A model generated the notes under the pieces. That model worked only from the letters and a program-made list of their open reading frames with translations. It was not told the DNA's origin and ran no database searches. DNA of 64,000 nucleotides from a virus (lineage: Duplodnaviria > Caudoviricetes): positions 1 to 64,000 of the IMG/VR virus record IMGVR_UViG_3300037400_002094, one strand, 5' to 3'. The position numbers and the translations under genes are program-made. This document shows positions 18,988 through 29,500 of this stretch, in pieces (positions within the stretch are counted from its first letter, which is position 1; each line of letters starts with the position of its first letter).

Positions 18988-20295
18988 ATGGCAAACAAGA
19001 AGAAACTAACAGAAGAGCAGGAGAGCCAGATAAAGATTCTCCTTGCAAATAATGAAATGCTGGAGAAGACGAAGAAAGAAGCTAAGGAAAGGGGTAAGAA
19101 GATTGACCAGATTGTTCGTGCCCAGCAGGAGGTGGTTGACCACATCAATGCAATTGACCCATCAGCATTAGATAATCCTAAGCAGTACACTCCAAAGAAG
19201 GAAAAGAAAGTCAACAATGGTTTGTTTGATGATACAGACATGTCATTGTTCGACATTTTGAACGAGAGGGAGGCTGAAAGAGAAGTGGCAGCTCAGCAAG
19301 AGGCTGTTAAAGAGCAAAATATAGTTGAACAGAAGGAGAATAATTATGTCATAACCCCTAGTGATACTGTGATAAACACTGACTCCACTTTCAGTGACAG
19401 TAGTTCGAATGTTCAATACGATGTCATCCAGCTACCAAGTAACGGGCAGTGTTACAAGAGTAAGATTGAGAGAGTACCTGTTGCATATCTTACGGCTTAT
19501 GATGAGAATATCATTACTTCCCCTAACTTGTACAAGGATGGGCTTGTTATTGACTTCCTTCTTAAGAATAAAATTGTGAACAAGGAAATAAACCCAGACG
19601 ACCTTATAAGCGGCGACGTGGACGCAATCACATTGTTCTTGAGAGCAACCAGCTATGGTGCTGATTTCCCTATCGTGGTTACAGACCCAGACACAGGAGA
19701 GCAGATTGAGAGTATAGTTGACCTTACTACCCTTAAGCCTAGGGATTTTACGCTTATAGGCGATGAGAACGGATGGTTTGATTTCGAGACACCTGGAAGG
19801 AAGGATAAGATTAAGTTCAGATACCTTACCAGAAAGATGGAGAAACAACTACAGAAGGCTAACGAGATTGAGAACTATGGAACTAAGGCTTATATGCTTG
19901 ACATGGAGAGGGAAATCCTTGGTGCTTCACTGTTGAATGACAAGATTCTGAGTGAGAACGACAAGAAAACCATGAGAAACGCAATCGCTATAATGGGTAA
20001 TTGGTCTAAGAAGCTTAGAGAGACAAACCAGTCCAAATATAACAAGCTTGTAACCAATAGCTTACAGATGCAGATTATGTCAGTTAATGGTAATACTGAC
20101 AGGGATTACATAAGACAGTATATTGGTACAATGCCAGCTATGGATGCCTTGGCATTAAGAAAATATATAGAAAAGAACAGACCTGGAATTAATTTTGATA
20201 TCGAGGTGAAGAGACCAGAGAGCCTTGGAGGTGGCTCATTCAAAACCTTTCTTAACTGGGACGATTCTATTTTCCTCAATATACCCGACCTATGA
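18988..20295 (+). CDS. Baseplate hub/tail assembly chaperone (T4 gp26-like)
   Basis: LPSNGQCY, YLTAYDENII, GDVDAITLFLRATSYG, KFRYLT, RPGI.F pattern. Confidence 0.75.
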   Translation: MANKKKLTEEQESQIKILLANNEMLEKTKKEAKERGKKIDQIVRAQQEVVDHINAIDPSALDNPKQYTPKKEKKVNNGLFDDTDMSLFDILNEREAEREVAAQQEAVKEQNIVEQKENNYVITPSDTVINTDSTFSDSSSNVQYDVIQLPSNGQCYKSKIERVPVAYLTAYDENIITSPNLYKDGLVIDFLLKNKIVNKEINPDDLISGDVDAITLFLRATSYGADFPIVVTDPDTGEQIESIVDLTTLKPRDFTLIGDENGWFDFETPGRKDKIKFRYLTRKMEKQLQKANEIENYGTKAYMLDMEREILGASLLNDKILSENDKKTMRNAIAIMGNWSKKLRETNQSKYNKLVTNSLQMQIMSVNGNTDRDYIRQYIGTMPAMDALALRKYIEKNRPGINFDIEVKRPESLGGGSFKTFLNWDDSIFLNIPDL

Positions 20296-20518
20296 GCAGA
20301 ATCTTAAGGAGGAGCTATTCGCTTGTCACATGTTCTTAAAGATACCGTTTGACGTGCTTGATAGCATGCCTATACGTGACAGGAAATACTACATCCACAG
20401 ATACAACAAGTATATGGAGGAAAGAGAGGCTGCAATGAATAACACAAGCAGTTCGTCGGATATCAATATGTACACAAATATGAGCCAGGGAGTTACTGGC
20501 GATGAAGTATTTGAATAA
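20225..20518 (+). CDS. Small tail/baseplate assembly protein (gp51-like); start uncertain
   Basis: LDSMPIRDRKYYI motif; overlaps the previous gene in the +1 frame. Confidence 0.6.
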   Translation: MEVAHSKPFLTGTILFSSIYPTYEQNLKEELFACHMFLKIPFDVLDSMPIRDRKYYIHRYNKYMEEREAAMNNTSSSSDINMYTNMSQGVTGDEVFE

Positions 20519-20525
20519 AAAAAAA

Positions 20526-22367
20526 GGGAACGATATACTTATTGACACAAGCCGTCCCTTTTGAATAAATATAAATAAATCTGCAAGACATAACAAATCT
20601 TGCAGATTTTTTTGTAGTGGCACACACACACAACAAAGCAGCATAAGAAAAGGATAGTCCTCATTTGAACTATCCCTTTGTTATTTACTGTTATTACTGT
20701 TCTACCTTTGTCCAATTATACTTTCCTAAGTAGAAATTACCTGTACCCATCCATACATCATAACCACTACTTCCTTGAGGTACTGTTAATGTACCATCTC
20801 TCTTAATGTCTTGGAATGTAGTACTACTTATCGTAGGCGCTGTCATAGCGTTTGATGTAATACTACTAAGTCTAGAACAATAAGTGAAAGCATATTTACC
20901 AATGCTTGTAACACTATCTGGTATATCTATACTTGTAAGTCTTTTACAACCATTGAAAGCACTCTCACCAATACTTGTAACACCACTTGGGATGTTAAAC
21001 ACGCCATCTGTATCACTATTTATTCTTGTAAGACTAGAACATTCATAGAAAGCAGCACCAACAATACTTGTAACACCACTACCTATAGTGCAACTTGTAA
21101 GACCACTACATCTATAGAAAGCATCATTGCCAATACTTGTAACACCACTACCTATAGTACAACTTGCAAGACCACTACAATATCGGAAAGCACATGAACC
21201 AATACTTGTAACACTATCTGGAATATCTATGCTACTGAGACTAGTACAACTTTGGAAAACATAACCACCAATAGTTGTAACACCACTACCAATTGTACAA
21301 CTACTAAGGCCACTACAATATTGGAAAGCATTATTACCAATACTTGTAACACTATCTGGTATATCTATACTTGTAAGGCCACTACAATGAGTGAAAGCAC
21401 TTCCACCAATACTTGTAACTCCATTTCCTATAGTACAGCTTGTAAGACCAGTACAATAAGTGAAAGCACTAACACCAATACTTGTAACACTATTTGGTAT
21501 ATCTATACTACTAAGACTAGTACAGCCACTGAAAGCACTCTCACCAATACTTGTAACACCACTACCTATAGTACAACTTGTAAGACCACTACAACTATAG
21601 AAAGCATATTGGGAAATACTTGTAACACTATTAGGTGTTACTATACTTGTAAGACTATAACAACCTCCGAAAGCAGCATTACCAATACTTGTAACACCAC
21701 TTGGTATATCTATACTTGTAAGACCACTACAACCATTGAAAGCACTATTACCAATACTTGTAACACTATTTGGTATAACTATACTTGTAAGACTATAGCA
21801 ATCTCGGAAAGCACTATTACCAATACTTGTAACACTATCTGGTATAGCTATACTTGTAAGACCACTACAACCATAGAAAGCATAATAACTAATACTTGTT
21901 GGGTCTGTCAATGTATACTTAACTATATGCTCACCAAGAGTATCAAAGGTATATGCTGATACAACACTTGACTGTACAGCACCATCAATCTCAATTGCAC
22001 TGAAACCACTTGTATACTTATTATATCCAATCCTTGTTGGATTGATTGTATCTGTTACGTTGTACTTTGCCACAACCCTTGTTTCGATTGGTTCAACATA
22101 AGGATTATAATGCACATCCCCTTCAGTTGTACAGATTGATACATTAGGTAGTATTGCTCCACTACCGTTAATGTATTGTTCGTACTCAGAGTGAGTACTG
22201 AATTTCTTTAAATAAAGTGCCATAATTGTTATATTATTATTAAAGTTATCATATAGTAATAAATATTTGTAGGGAAATAAAAAATGAGGAACTGTACTAG
22301 AACAATCCCTCATCTTTTGCATGTTTATGTAAGAACGTTATTTTGTGTCAACAAGTATATCGTTCCC
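20526..22367. mobile_element. Non-autonomous IS-derived cassette (MIC-like) carrying an LRR gene
   Basis: 25-bp IRs GGGAACGATATACTT(A/G)TTGACACAA at 20526-20550 and 22367-22343 (one mismatch); A9 flanks at 20517-20525 and 22368-22376; no transposase inside. Confidence 0.8.
20694..22223 (-). CDS. BspA/TpLRR-type leucine-rich repeat protein
   Basis: About 15 repeats of 23 aa (C.GLTSI.IP.SVTSIG..AF). Start reassigned to MALYLKKF (ATG 22223), downstream of TATTTAT at 22265-22259. Confidence 0.93.
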   Translation of the reverse strand: MALYLKKFSTHSEYEQYINGSGAILPNVSICTTEGDVHYNPYVEPIETRVVAKYNVTDTINPTRIGYNKYTSGFSAIEIDGAVQSSVVSAYTFDTLGEHIVKYTLTDPTSISYYAFYGCSGLTSIAIPDSVTSIGNSAFRDCYSLTSIVIPNSVTSIGNSAFNGCSGLTSIDIPSGVTSIGNAAFGGCYSLTSIVTPNSVTSISQYAFYSCSGLTSCTIGSGVTSIGESAFSGCTSLSSIDIPNSVTSIGVSAFTYCTGLTSCTIGNGVTSIGGSAFTHCSGLTSIDIPDSVTSIGNNAFQYCSGLSSCTIGSGVTTIGGYVFQSCTSLSSIDIPDSVTSIGSCAFRYCSGLASCTIGSGVTSIGNDAFYRCSGLTSCTIGSGVTSIVGAAFYECSSLTRINSDTDGVFNIPSGVTSIGESAFNGCKRLTSIDIPDSVTSIGKYAFTYCSRLSSITSNAMTAPTISSTTFQDIKRDGTLTVPQGSSGYDVWMGTGNFYLGKYNWTKVEQ

Positions 22368-22374
22368 AAAAAAA

Positions 22375-22404
22375 AATGCATCAAGGGTTTACTTGGTGCA
22401 TTAA
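22375..22404. terminator. Terminator hairpin whose A/U tract is the insertion target
   Basis: AATGCATCAAG-ggttta-CTTGGTGCATT preceded by an A run. Confidence 0.65.
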
Positions 22405-23021
22405 CTATTTAATTGAGTTCCTATATCGTTTAATGTTACAAAGCATTGGTCTAAGATTTGAACTACTGACTGAGGTGTCGTATTCCTTACCGTCATATAG
22501 CTGTTGTAATACGCTCTTTCTTGACCAATCAGTTCCCTAAGTGATGTCGCTGTGTTTATGTTTGTAGGCTGCTGTATCCTGCGGCCATTATTGCCACCTC
22601 CAATAAACATATCATTTATTCCAAGCCAGTCCTTGGTATTGTAATAGCCATTTACTGCGGCGTTCCATACGCCGTTAAGTGGCGGGACGTTAAGACCAGC
22701 GTTTCTTGCAATATTCAACAGCGTTGAGTTAGGATAATACCTTCTTCCTCCACCATACATCCATCTGGTTATATTGTTGACACCGTTCTGCTGTTGCTGT
22801 TGTTGCTGGGTTTGTTGGTTTCCTGGCTCAATCCTGCCTTCGTTTATAGCCAACGCAACATTATTACAGTACTCATTGAACGAATTTGCGAACGTGTAGA
22901 CATCACCAGTCAACGTTATGTTACCGTTTCTTAATTGGTCAATCGTTGCCGTTAGTCTTGTTGCGTATTGTCTGAGTATTGTGTTGTCAATAGCTTCCGT
23001 TATTATCTGTCTCAAATTCAT
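22401..23021 (-). CDS. N/Q-rich late protein with leader-like N-terminus
   Basis: MNLRQIITEAIDN; poly-Q stretch; TATTTAT at 23048-23042. Confidence 0.75.
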   Translation of the reverse strand: MNLRQIITEAIDNTILRQYATRLTATIDQLRNGNITLTGDVYTFANSFNEYCNNVALAINEGRIEPGNQQTQQQQQQQNGVNNITRWMYGGGRRYYPNSTLLNIARNAGLNVPPLNGVWNAAVNGYYNTKDWLGINDMFIGGGNNGRRIQQPTNINTATSLRELIGQERAYYNSYMTVRNTTPQSVVQILDQCFVTLNDIGTQLNS

Positions 23022-23057
23022 AATCTATCGTTATATTTACAATAAATATCACGATGA

Positions 23058-23471
23058 TTAGAATAATTTGGCGAAGAAGTATTTTATGGCAGAAGTCCCT
23101 TTACACCGTGTATATTCGTTCATGTTTATTTTTTCGGTGATATTCAGTCTGTACTGCTCATTGAGTCTACTAGCCTCAGACTTGAAAGCCTTTCCGTGTC
23201 TTAGCTTCATATCTCTCCCAGTGTATGCAAGATAGTAATGCAGCATTTCGTGTACGAGTATGTTCTTGAGCTGCTCAGTTGTATACTCGTAGTTCCCACT
23301 TATCTTTATGACAGGGTTCTGGATATATCCATTACCCATTTCACACTCGAAGTAACCGAAGTACTTAAAGCTATCCATCAGTTCAAACTGTGGCTTTGGT
23401 AGTACGCCGTTGAAATAAGCCAGGTTGTAGTTACAGAACTTATTCGTGATTTCGGATAAGCAAATTCTCAT
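23058..23471 (-). CDS. SprT-like zinc metalloprotease
   Basis: N..YF.G.LP, LVHEMLHY, HGKAFK. Confidence 0.9.
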   Translation of the reverse strand: MRICLSEITNKFCNYNLAYFNGVLPKPQFELMDSFKYFGYFECEMGNGYIQNPVIKISGNYEYTTEQLKNILVHEMLHYYLAYTGRDMKLRHGKAFKSEASRLNEQYRLNITEKINMNEYTRCKGTSAIKYFFAKLF

Positions 23472-23608
23472 AGGTATTTTTCAATTAAATAGTAAATAAC
23501 ATAGCCAGCAAGGGCGTAGGCTAGTATTCTACCGAGTACAAACCATAGCCAAGCTCTCAGCGTTCTAAATTCCCAGGTGATACCCCACACTTCTTGAAAT
23601 AGTCTCAT
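23468..23608 (-). CDS. 46-aa membrane peptide
   Basis: Not in ORF track. MRLFQEVWGITWEFRTLRAWLWFVLGRILAYALAGYVIYYLIEKYL; ATGA overlap with the SprT gene; promoter box at 23642-23635. Confidence 0.65.
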   Translation of the reverse strand: MRLFQEVWGITWEFRTLRAWLWFVLGRILAYALAGYVIYYLIEKYL

Positions 23609-23720
23609 TTTTCTATCAATTTTAAATTACGGTGCAAAGTTAGGTAAATTATTTGGAATAACAAAACATATTACGTTAAAAAAAATTAAAAAGGTGTATT
23701 TATAGTAAAATTAGTAAATA

Positions 23721-26507
23721 ATGAATTTTCTGAAAGGTTTTCTAGGGCAGATAATTAGTCTCATAGGAGGTGGTGCTGGAGGTGCTCTCCAGCTTGTGAC
23801 AAATTTGTTAGCCAGTGGCATGAAAATGGTGCTGGACTATCAAAATACTGCCTTTGCATTTTCAAGACAGATTGGTGCTTCGTCTCAGCAAGCTGCCAGT
23901 TACACTAAGGTTTTAACCGAGAGGGCTAAAGACCTTGGCATTAAATATGGTATTGCTGCTGATGCCGTTATGAAGCTTGAGCAAAACCTTGCTCGTGCAA
24001 CTGGAAGAGCCTTGATTATGACCAAGACAGAGGCTGATGTAGGTGTTGCGCTGTCAAAACTTGTAGGTGAACAGACATATGTCAATATCCAGGAACAGAT
24101 AAACGGCATGGGTGGACAGATTTCAACCATGAATGGTGCAGTTGCCAAGGCATATGCTACTGCTGTTAAGTCTGGTCTTGATGCCGTTAAGTACAGTGAC
24201 AAGTTTGCAAAGAACCTTTCAATGATGAACAGGTTTAACCTTAGAAATGGCGTTGATGATATAGCTAAGATGACGGCTTTGTCTGAGAAGCTTAGTATAA
24301 ACCTTGCATCAATAGAGCCAGGGTTAAACAAGTTCTTCAACATAGGAGATGCTATAGAGAATGCCGCTAAGCTGACGATGCTTGGTGGACCTTTCGGAGC
24401 ATTCGGAGGCAACCCTCTTGATATGGCATATGAGGCTAACTATGACCAGGCAGCATTCATGGATAGGACTACCAAGATGCTTAAGGGACTTGCTGTATTC
24501 GATGAGGTAAAGGGAATGTCAAACCTTATTGGTGGTGCTATGGACTATATACAACAGTTCTCCCAGATTATGGGTATGAGTGTTGAGGAAACCACCAAGA
24601 TGACAAAGAAACTTGCTGAGACTGGATATAAGGAGGAGAAACTTTCACCTTGGATTAACAATAGCCAATATGACAGCATTCGTGACCTCATTATTAACAG
24701 GTCACAGGTTAGAAACGGACAGGTCTTCTACACTGGTTCTAACGGCAAGAGCACAAATATCACAGAAGGTATAGAGGGTATTCCTAAAGAGGAGAGGGAT
24801 ATGCTTGAGAGGCTGGCAAATGGAGCTGATGAGAATATCGTAAGACAGGAGGCGCAGGTTAATTCACTTATTGACACAATCAATGGTGCTGTGACGACTG
24901 TTACTGCTCAGATAGCTGAAGTATTGGCAGAGCCTATGGAGAAATTCCATGAGTGGATTAGGGAACATATACCTACCATAACAGAAAAGATAGGTGATAT
25001 GGTCAATACAGCTAAGAACTTTATAGCCAAATTCTCCAAAGATTATAGCATACTTAAAACAGCCATAATCGGATATATAGGATTCATGCTGGCTAAGAGC
25101 CTGTTTAGGGGTATATTATCACCTGGAGGAAGTGCTGCTATGGGCACTGCTGCGAGGGGAGTATCAGCCGCTGGAAGTGCTATAAAGGGTGGCTGGAGTA
25201 ATATGAAATCATTCTTTAAGTATGTTGCAGAAGGCTTCAAGACAGCAAGAGCTAGTGGCGATGGATTCTTTAAATCCATACTCATGGGCTTTAAGAAGCC
25301 TATTAAATATAGTGGAGAATGGTGGAGACCTAATTCTGTCGGTGGATACACAAGAGTAGGAAACCAGGATGCTGCTTCTGGTGCTATGAGATTTGGTCGT
25401 GGAATTGAATCTCCGTTTAGGGCTATTAGACGTGGTGCTAGTGCAATCAAGAATGGTTGGAAGAGTATGGGAATGCTCAACAAGATTGGCATGGGTGTTG
25501 GTGTTGCGGCTAGTGCAATCGAAGGAATAGCTGCTTACAGTAACTATAAGAACAAGGTTAACGAAATAAACAACTCTGACATGTCAGATACCGAAAAGGC
25601 TAGGGCACTTGACGAAGCAAGGGTTGGAAGAAACAGTGAAATTGGTGGTGCTGTAGGTACTGCTGTAGGTTCAGTTGTAGGAGCATTCTTCGGACCGATT
25701 GGTATGTTTATAGGGCCTGTTGTTGGAAAATTCATAGGAAGCTTCATTGGTAAATATTGGGACCCGTTTGTTAATGGTATTAAGAGTGTATTCTCAGCTA
25801 TTGGTGATGGATTCAGTAGTGTTTGGAAATTCATAAAAAAGTGTCTACAGTATCTTATTGACTATAACCCACTTGGTTTATTGGTTAAGGGTATTGGAAA
25901 ACTATTTGGAAAGGATTGGTCTATTACAGGTGCTTTCAGTGGAATGTTTGGAGGTAGTAAGGGTGCTGAAACTCATCATAGAGGTGGTGGCATCGGAGGT
26001 GATGAAACCTTGTCTCCTGCTGGACAATTTATTGCTAGGGTTATGAATGACGATTCTAACAACGTAGGTTTTAGTGACTTTGTTGCAAGACCTATGGCAA
26101 ACAATGAAGTTCCTGTTATAGGACAGGTTGGAGAGCTTACGGTAAATGAAAAACAACAGGATAAACTTGCATCATCAATAGTATCAAAACCAGTTGGAGG
26201 TAGAACGTACATCTATACCCCTCAGAATGTAAATGGCATGAACGCCAGGGAGGTTAGATTCAGTGATATAAACCTTAATGTAAACGGTACGTTCAAACTA
26301 GAACTTAACGGTTCTACACAGAATGTTGACGTTAGGGATATACTTAGCAAGCTTGCAGATGACCCTATTGTTAAGGCTAGAATAGCAGACATAGCAAGAG
26401 AAGTATTCCAGTCAGACAACTTACAGGGTAGGGTCATGTACGACACATCATATTTGGGTGGTCTGCCATCAGCAGCTTCTACTCTTGGAAGAATGGATAT
26501 TTCATAA
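23721..26507 (+). CDS. Tape measure protein
   Basis: 928 aa, Ala/Gly-rich helical, glycine-zipper hydrophobic segments, heads the baseplate operon. Confidence 0.8.
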   Translation: MNFLKGFLGQIISLIGGGAGGALQLVTNLLASGMKMVLDYQNTAFAFSRQIGASSQQAASYTKVLTERAKDLGIKYGIAADAVMKLEQNLARATGRALIMTKTEADVGVALSKLVGEQTYVNIQEQINGMGGQISTMNGAVAKAYATAVKSGLDAVKYSDKFAKNLSMMNRFNLRNGVDDIAKMTALSEKLSINLASIEPGLNKFFNIGDAIENAAKLTMLGGPFGAFGGNPLDMAYEANYDQAAFMDRTTKMLKGLAVFDEVKGMSNLIGGAMDYIQQFSQIMGMSVEETTKMTKKLAETGYKEEKLSPWINNSQYDSIRDLIINRSQVRNGQVFYTGSNGKSTNITEGIEGIPKEERDMLERLANGADENIVRQEAQVNSLIDTINGAVTTVTAQIAEVLAEPMEKFHEWIREHIPTITEKIGDMVNTAKNFIAKFSKDYSILKTAIIGYIGFMLAKSLFRGILSPGGSAAMGTAARGVSAAGSAIKGGWSNMKSFFKYVAEGFKTARASGDGFFKSILMGFKKPIKYSGEWWRPNSVGGYTRVGNQDAASGAMRFGRGIESPFRAIRRGASAIKNGWKSMGMLNKIGMGVGVAASAIEGIAAYSNYKNKVNEINNSDMSDTEKARALDEARVGRNSEIGGAVGTAVGSVVGAFFGPIGMFIGPVVGKFIGSFIGKYWDPFVNGIKSVFSAIGDGFSSVWKFIKKCLQYLIDYNPLGLLVKGIGKLFGKDWSITGAFSGMFGGSKGAETHHRGGGIGGDETLSPAGQFIARVMNDDSNNVGFSDFVARPMANNEVPVIGQVGELTVNEKQQDKLASSIVSKPVGGRTYIYTPQNVNGMNAREVRFSDINLNVNGTFKLELNGSTQNVDVRDILSKLADDPIVKARIADIAREVFQSDNLQGRVMYDTSYLGGLPSAASTLGRMDIS

Positions 26508-26548
26508 TTTAGTGTTTAAATAAGGAACAAAGATTTTATATTTTAAAT

Positions 26549-29500
26549 ATGGCTAGTAATACTTCGAAGTATTTTAAATCAATTGGGACTTCAATTAGGA
26601 ACGGGGTTGCCGATGTATTATCAAGCAGCGATTTCATATCAAGAACCATTGGTATGACAGACTCGTATGAGGGCTTGATGTACATTGTGCAATCGCTTGG
26701 ACGTGAGCCTATAAGCTTGCTTGGTAAGGATTACCCTTATATATATGACCATGTTAGAAGGAACTATTTGAATGGTACTCAAGTATCGAGCTATATGTTT
26801 GGTTCTGGAGAATATGGTTGTACCAAGTTTACCTTCTACAAGGAAAAGCCTACAATCAAGTTCGCAGACCCTTATTTCGACCCTCAGAACTTCCTTGAGA
26901 GGTGGATGCCAGACTTCAAGCTGAGTGACACGAAGCGTTCTGTTACTGGCATATACTATGCAGAGTCAAATGATGATGAGGTCAACAATAAGTCAATAGA
27001 CGTTAGTGACGCTAATACAGGAGTTGCAAACGGACAACAGGCTAAGAGCTTTGACGGTCTTGTGTCATGCGACCTGGTAAAGAAGACAAACGATAATTTC
27101 AATGCTGGAAGATACAGGACTCTTATTGCTAGATTCCATACCAATTCTGAGGATTCAAAATCAATCGAGAACCCAACACAGACAGCCATAAGTAAGACAT
27201 ACGGAATGTCTCACGGTAGAAACCTTCTGAAGTATGACCATGAAGGAAGGGTTACAAACGGATACAGCAACCCTTATTGCCGTGTTTGGACTTATCACCA
27301 TGAGTATAATCAGATGAACAGGGCTATAAGACCTTTTGGCGTTGCCCATACAGCTGAGGAACTTGAGAAGTATGAGCTTGGTGATGACTACGGACTTGGT
27401 GGGTTCAGAACCATAGAGAGTAAGGACTATGGCTTTAAGAGTGGTAGTGAAAGACTTGATAATCATGGAGTACTTAACTATGAGAATGGCTTTGTCAACA
27501 TAGCCCCAACTGCCAAGATAAAAGATTATTTTGAGCACAAGGAGGATGATAAGGACAGAAAGTCTGTTTCTACTAAGAGGTGTATGTTCTCAATAGAGAA
27601 CCTGGCATGGCGTGACGACAAGAACAAGATGGATGAATTTGATGCCTATGGATTGTCAGCCGAGCAGAAAGGACCTCTTGGTGGACGTATCATGTGGTTT
27701 CCACCTTATGACCTGTCATTCAATGAGGACGTAAGGGTTAAATGGAACTCAAACGAATTCATCGGAAGAGGAGAAAATATCTATACATATACTAATACTG
27801 AGAGAACAGGTAATTTGTCATTTACCCTTCTTATCGACCATCCTTCAATACTCGACTATTGGACTGGTCATGAGCGTAATGGCATGACTAATGGAAACGA
27901 TAAACTCATACCTGGAAATGGTACTGATGGTGGAGTTGACAACGTAAAGTCCCAGGAGCAGACACTCCTAAGATTCTTTGCTGGCTGTGATATACTTACA
28001 GCTAAGCCACAAGAATACTGGATGAGAGGCAAGACTCCACAGGCTGTTGGCAAGACACCAGAGCAGAAGCCGCCAAAGGAGGTTAACCCTAATCCAGTCA
28101 AGACAGACGAAACACCGAAGGAAGGTGTTAAAACCATTTGCTGTGTCCTTTACTACCCTAATAACTATAGTGGTAGGGATGACCAGCCATTCGGTAACAA
28201 TAAATATGTGAATGCTATCCATTATCTTATGAACGGTATAGGTGCTCAGAAGACTGTAAACGATGCTGGAAATGACGTTGAGGATATACCAACAATACTT
28301 AACGCCAGACCTAAGGTAAACGGTACTGAATATGGCGGTTATGAGGTCATAAAAGGCATCTCAGTTATAGACAAACCTATTTCTGGGAAGACAGCACAGC
28401 AGGCTTCTTATGAGAAGGATAGAAATGCTAAGCCAGTTGAAAAGGTACAGTATATAACCAGTGATAACGCTGGTACTCGTTACACAGTGAGCAATTATGG
28501 AGAGCAGGAGTATGTACTAGCCAAGATGGTATGGAATAGTGGCATCAAGGCTAAGGCAAAGGCTGAATACAAGACATATGCACAGGCTGGTCAGAAATTG
28601 TGGCATAGGATGCGTTGGTACTACAGGGTTGACAAGAAGTACGTTGACGACTGTCTGACAACGCCAGAAAGTTACATAGACTATCCTTGTCATCAGCTTA
28701 ATGGAGCTGGATATGAGAAGGGAAGAAGCACCAACGGAAGTTTTAGGATTAGCGAGGAAAGCGATAAGTTCCATCTTATATCATTCACATCACTATTTAA
28801 TGCACTTGAAGGAGAAACAGTTATCAAGGGAGGTACATGCGGTGTAATAGACTCTGATGTAAAGCGTATTCAGAAAATAATGGATAAGGATAGTGGAATA
28901 AAGATAAAGAGCATACACTTCAGAGGTCATGCCTCATCAGCAGGAAATGTAAAAGACAACAAAGACCTTGCAAAACACAGGGCTGAGACGTTTAAGGCGT
29001 GGATGATGGGAAAAGGTTTCCCAGAGCCAGAGAGTGAGGAGGCAAAGGTAATTGAGTCCATTATCCAAGACCCGAACGACCATATCGACAATGGCGTTGC
29101 AAATGATGTATTAGCTAAGATATGGAGAAGTGCCTCTGTGATGATTGAATATGAGGAATTTAGTACTGAGTCAGCACAGAAGAAGGATACAGTCGTAGAG
29201 ACAGAAAAGGGTGCTGACGGAAAACAGAAGCCAGTAGAATCAGAGGATACAATCAAGTACATAGGACTTGACGGTAAAGTAGTTGATACTGGTATTAAAT
29301 ATACTCTTAACAAGGTTGACACTGTAACCAATCTTAATCAGTCCAAAGAGGTTTCTCCTGGTGCTATTAACAGTGCTAGGGACTGGCTGGAAAACACGCC
29401 AGAAGGAAGGGAACTCCTAAGGACTGGATATACTGCAACAGAGTACATAAGAATGCCAAGCGGTGCTATACAGGAGGTTAAAGTACCTAAGATGATTGAT

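Noticed and set aside
20880-21900. CRISPR array or DGR template/variable repeat
   Set aside because: The repeats are in-frame 69-bp LRR coding units with no unique spacers, and no reverse transcriptase is present in the window.
21252-21959. 235-aa Thr-rich ORF on the + strand
   Set aside because: Antisense shadow of the LRR repeats.
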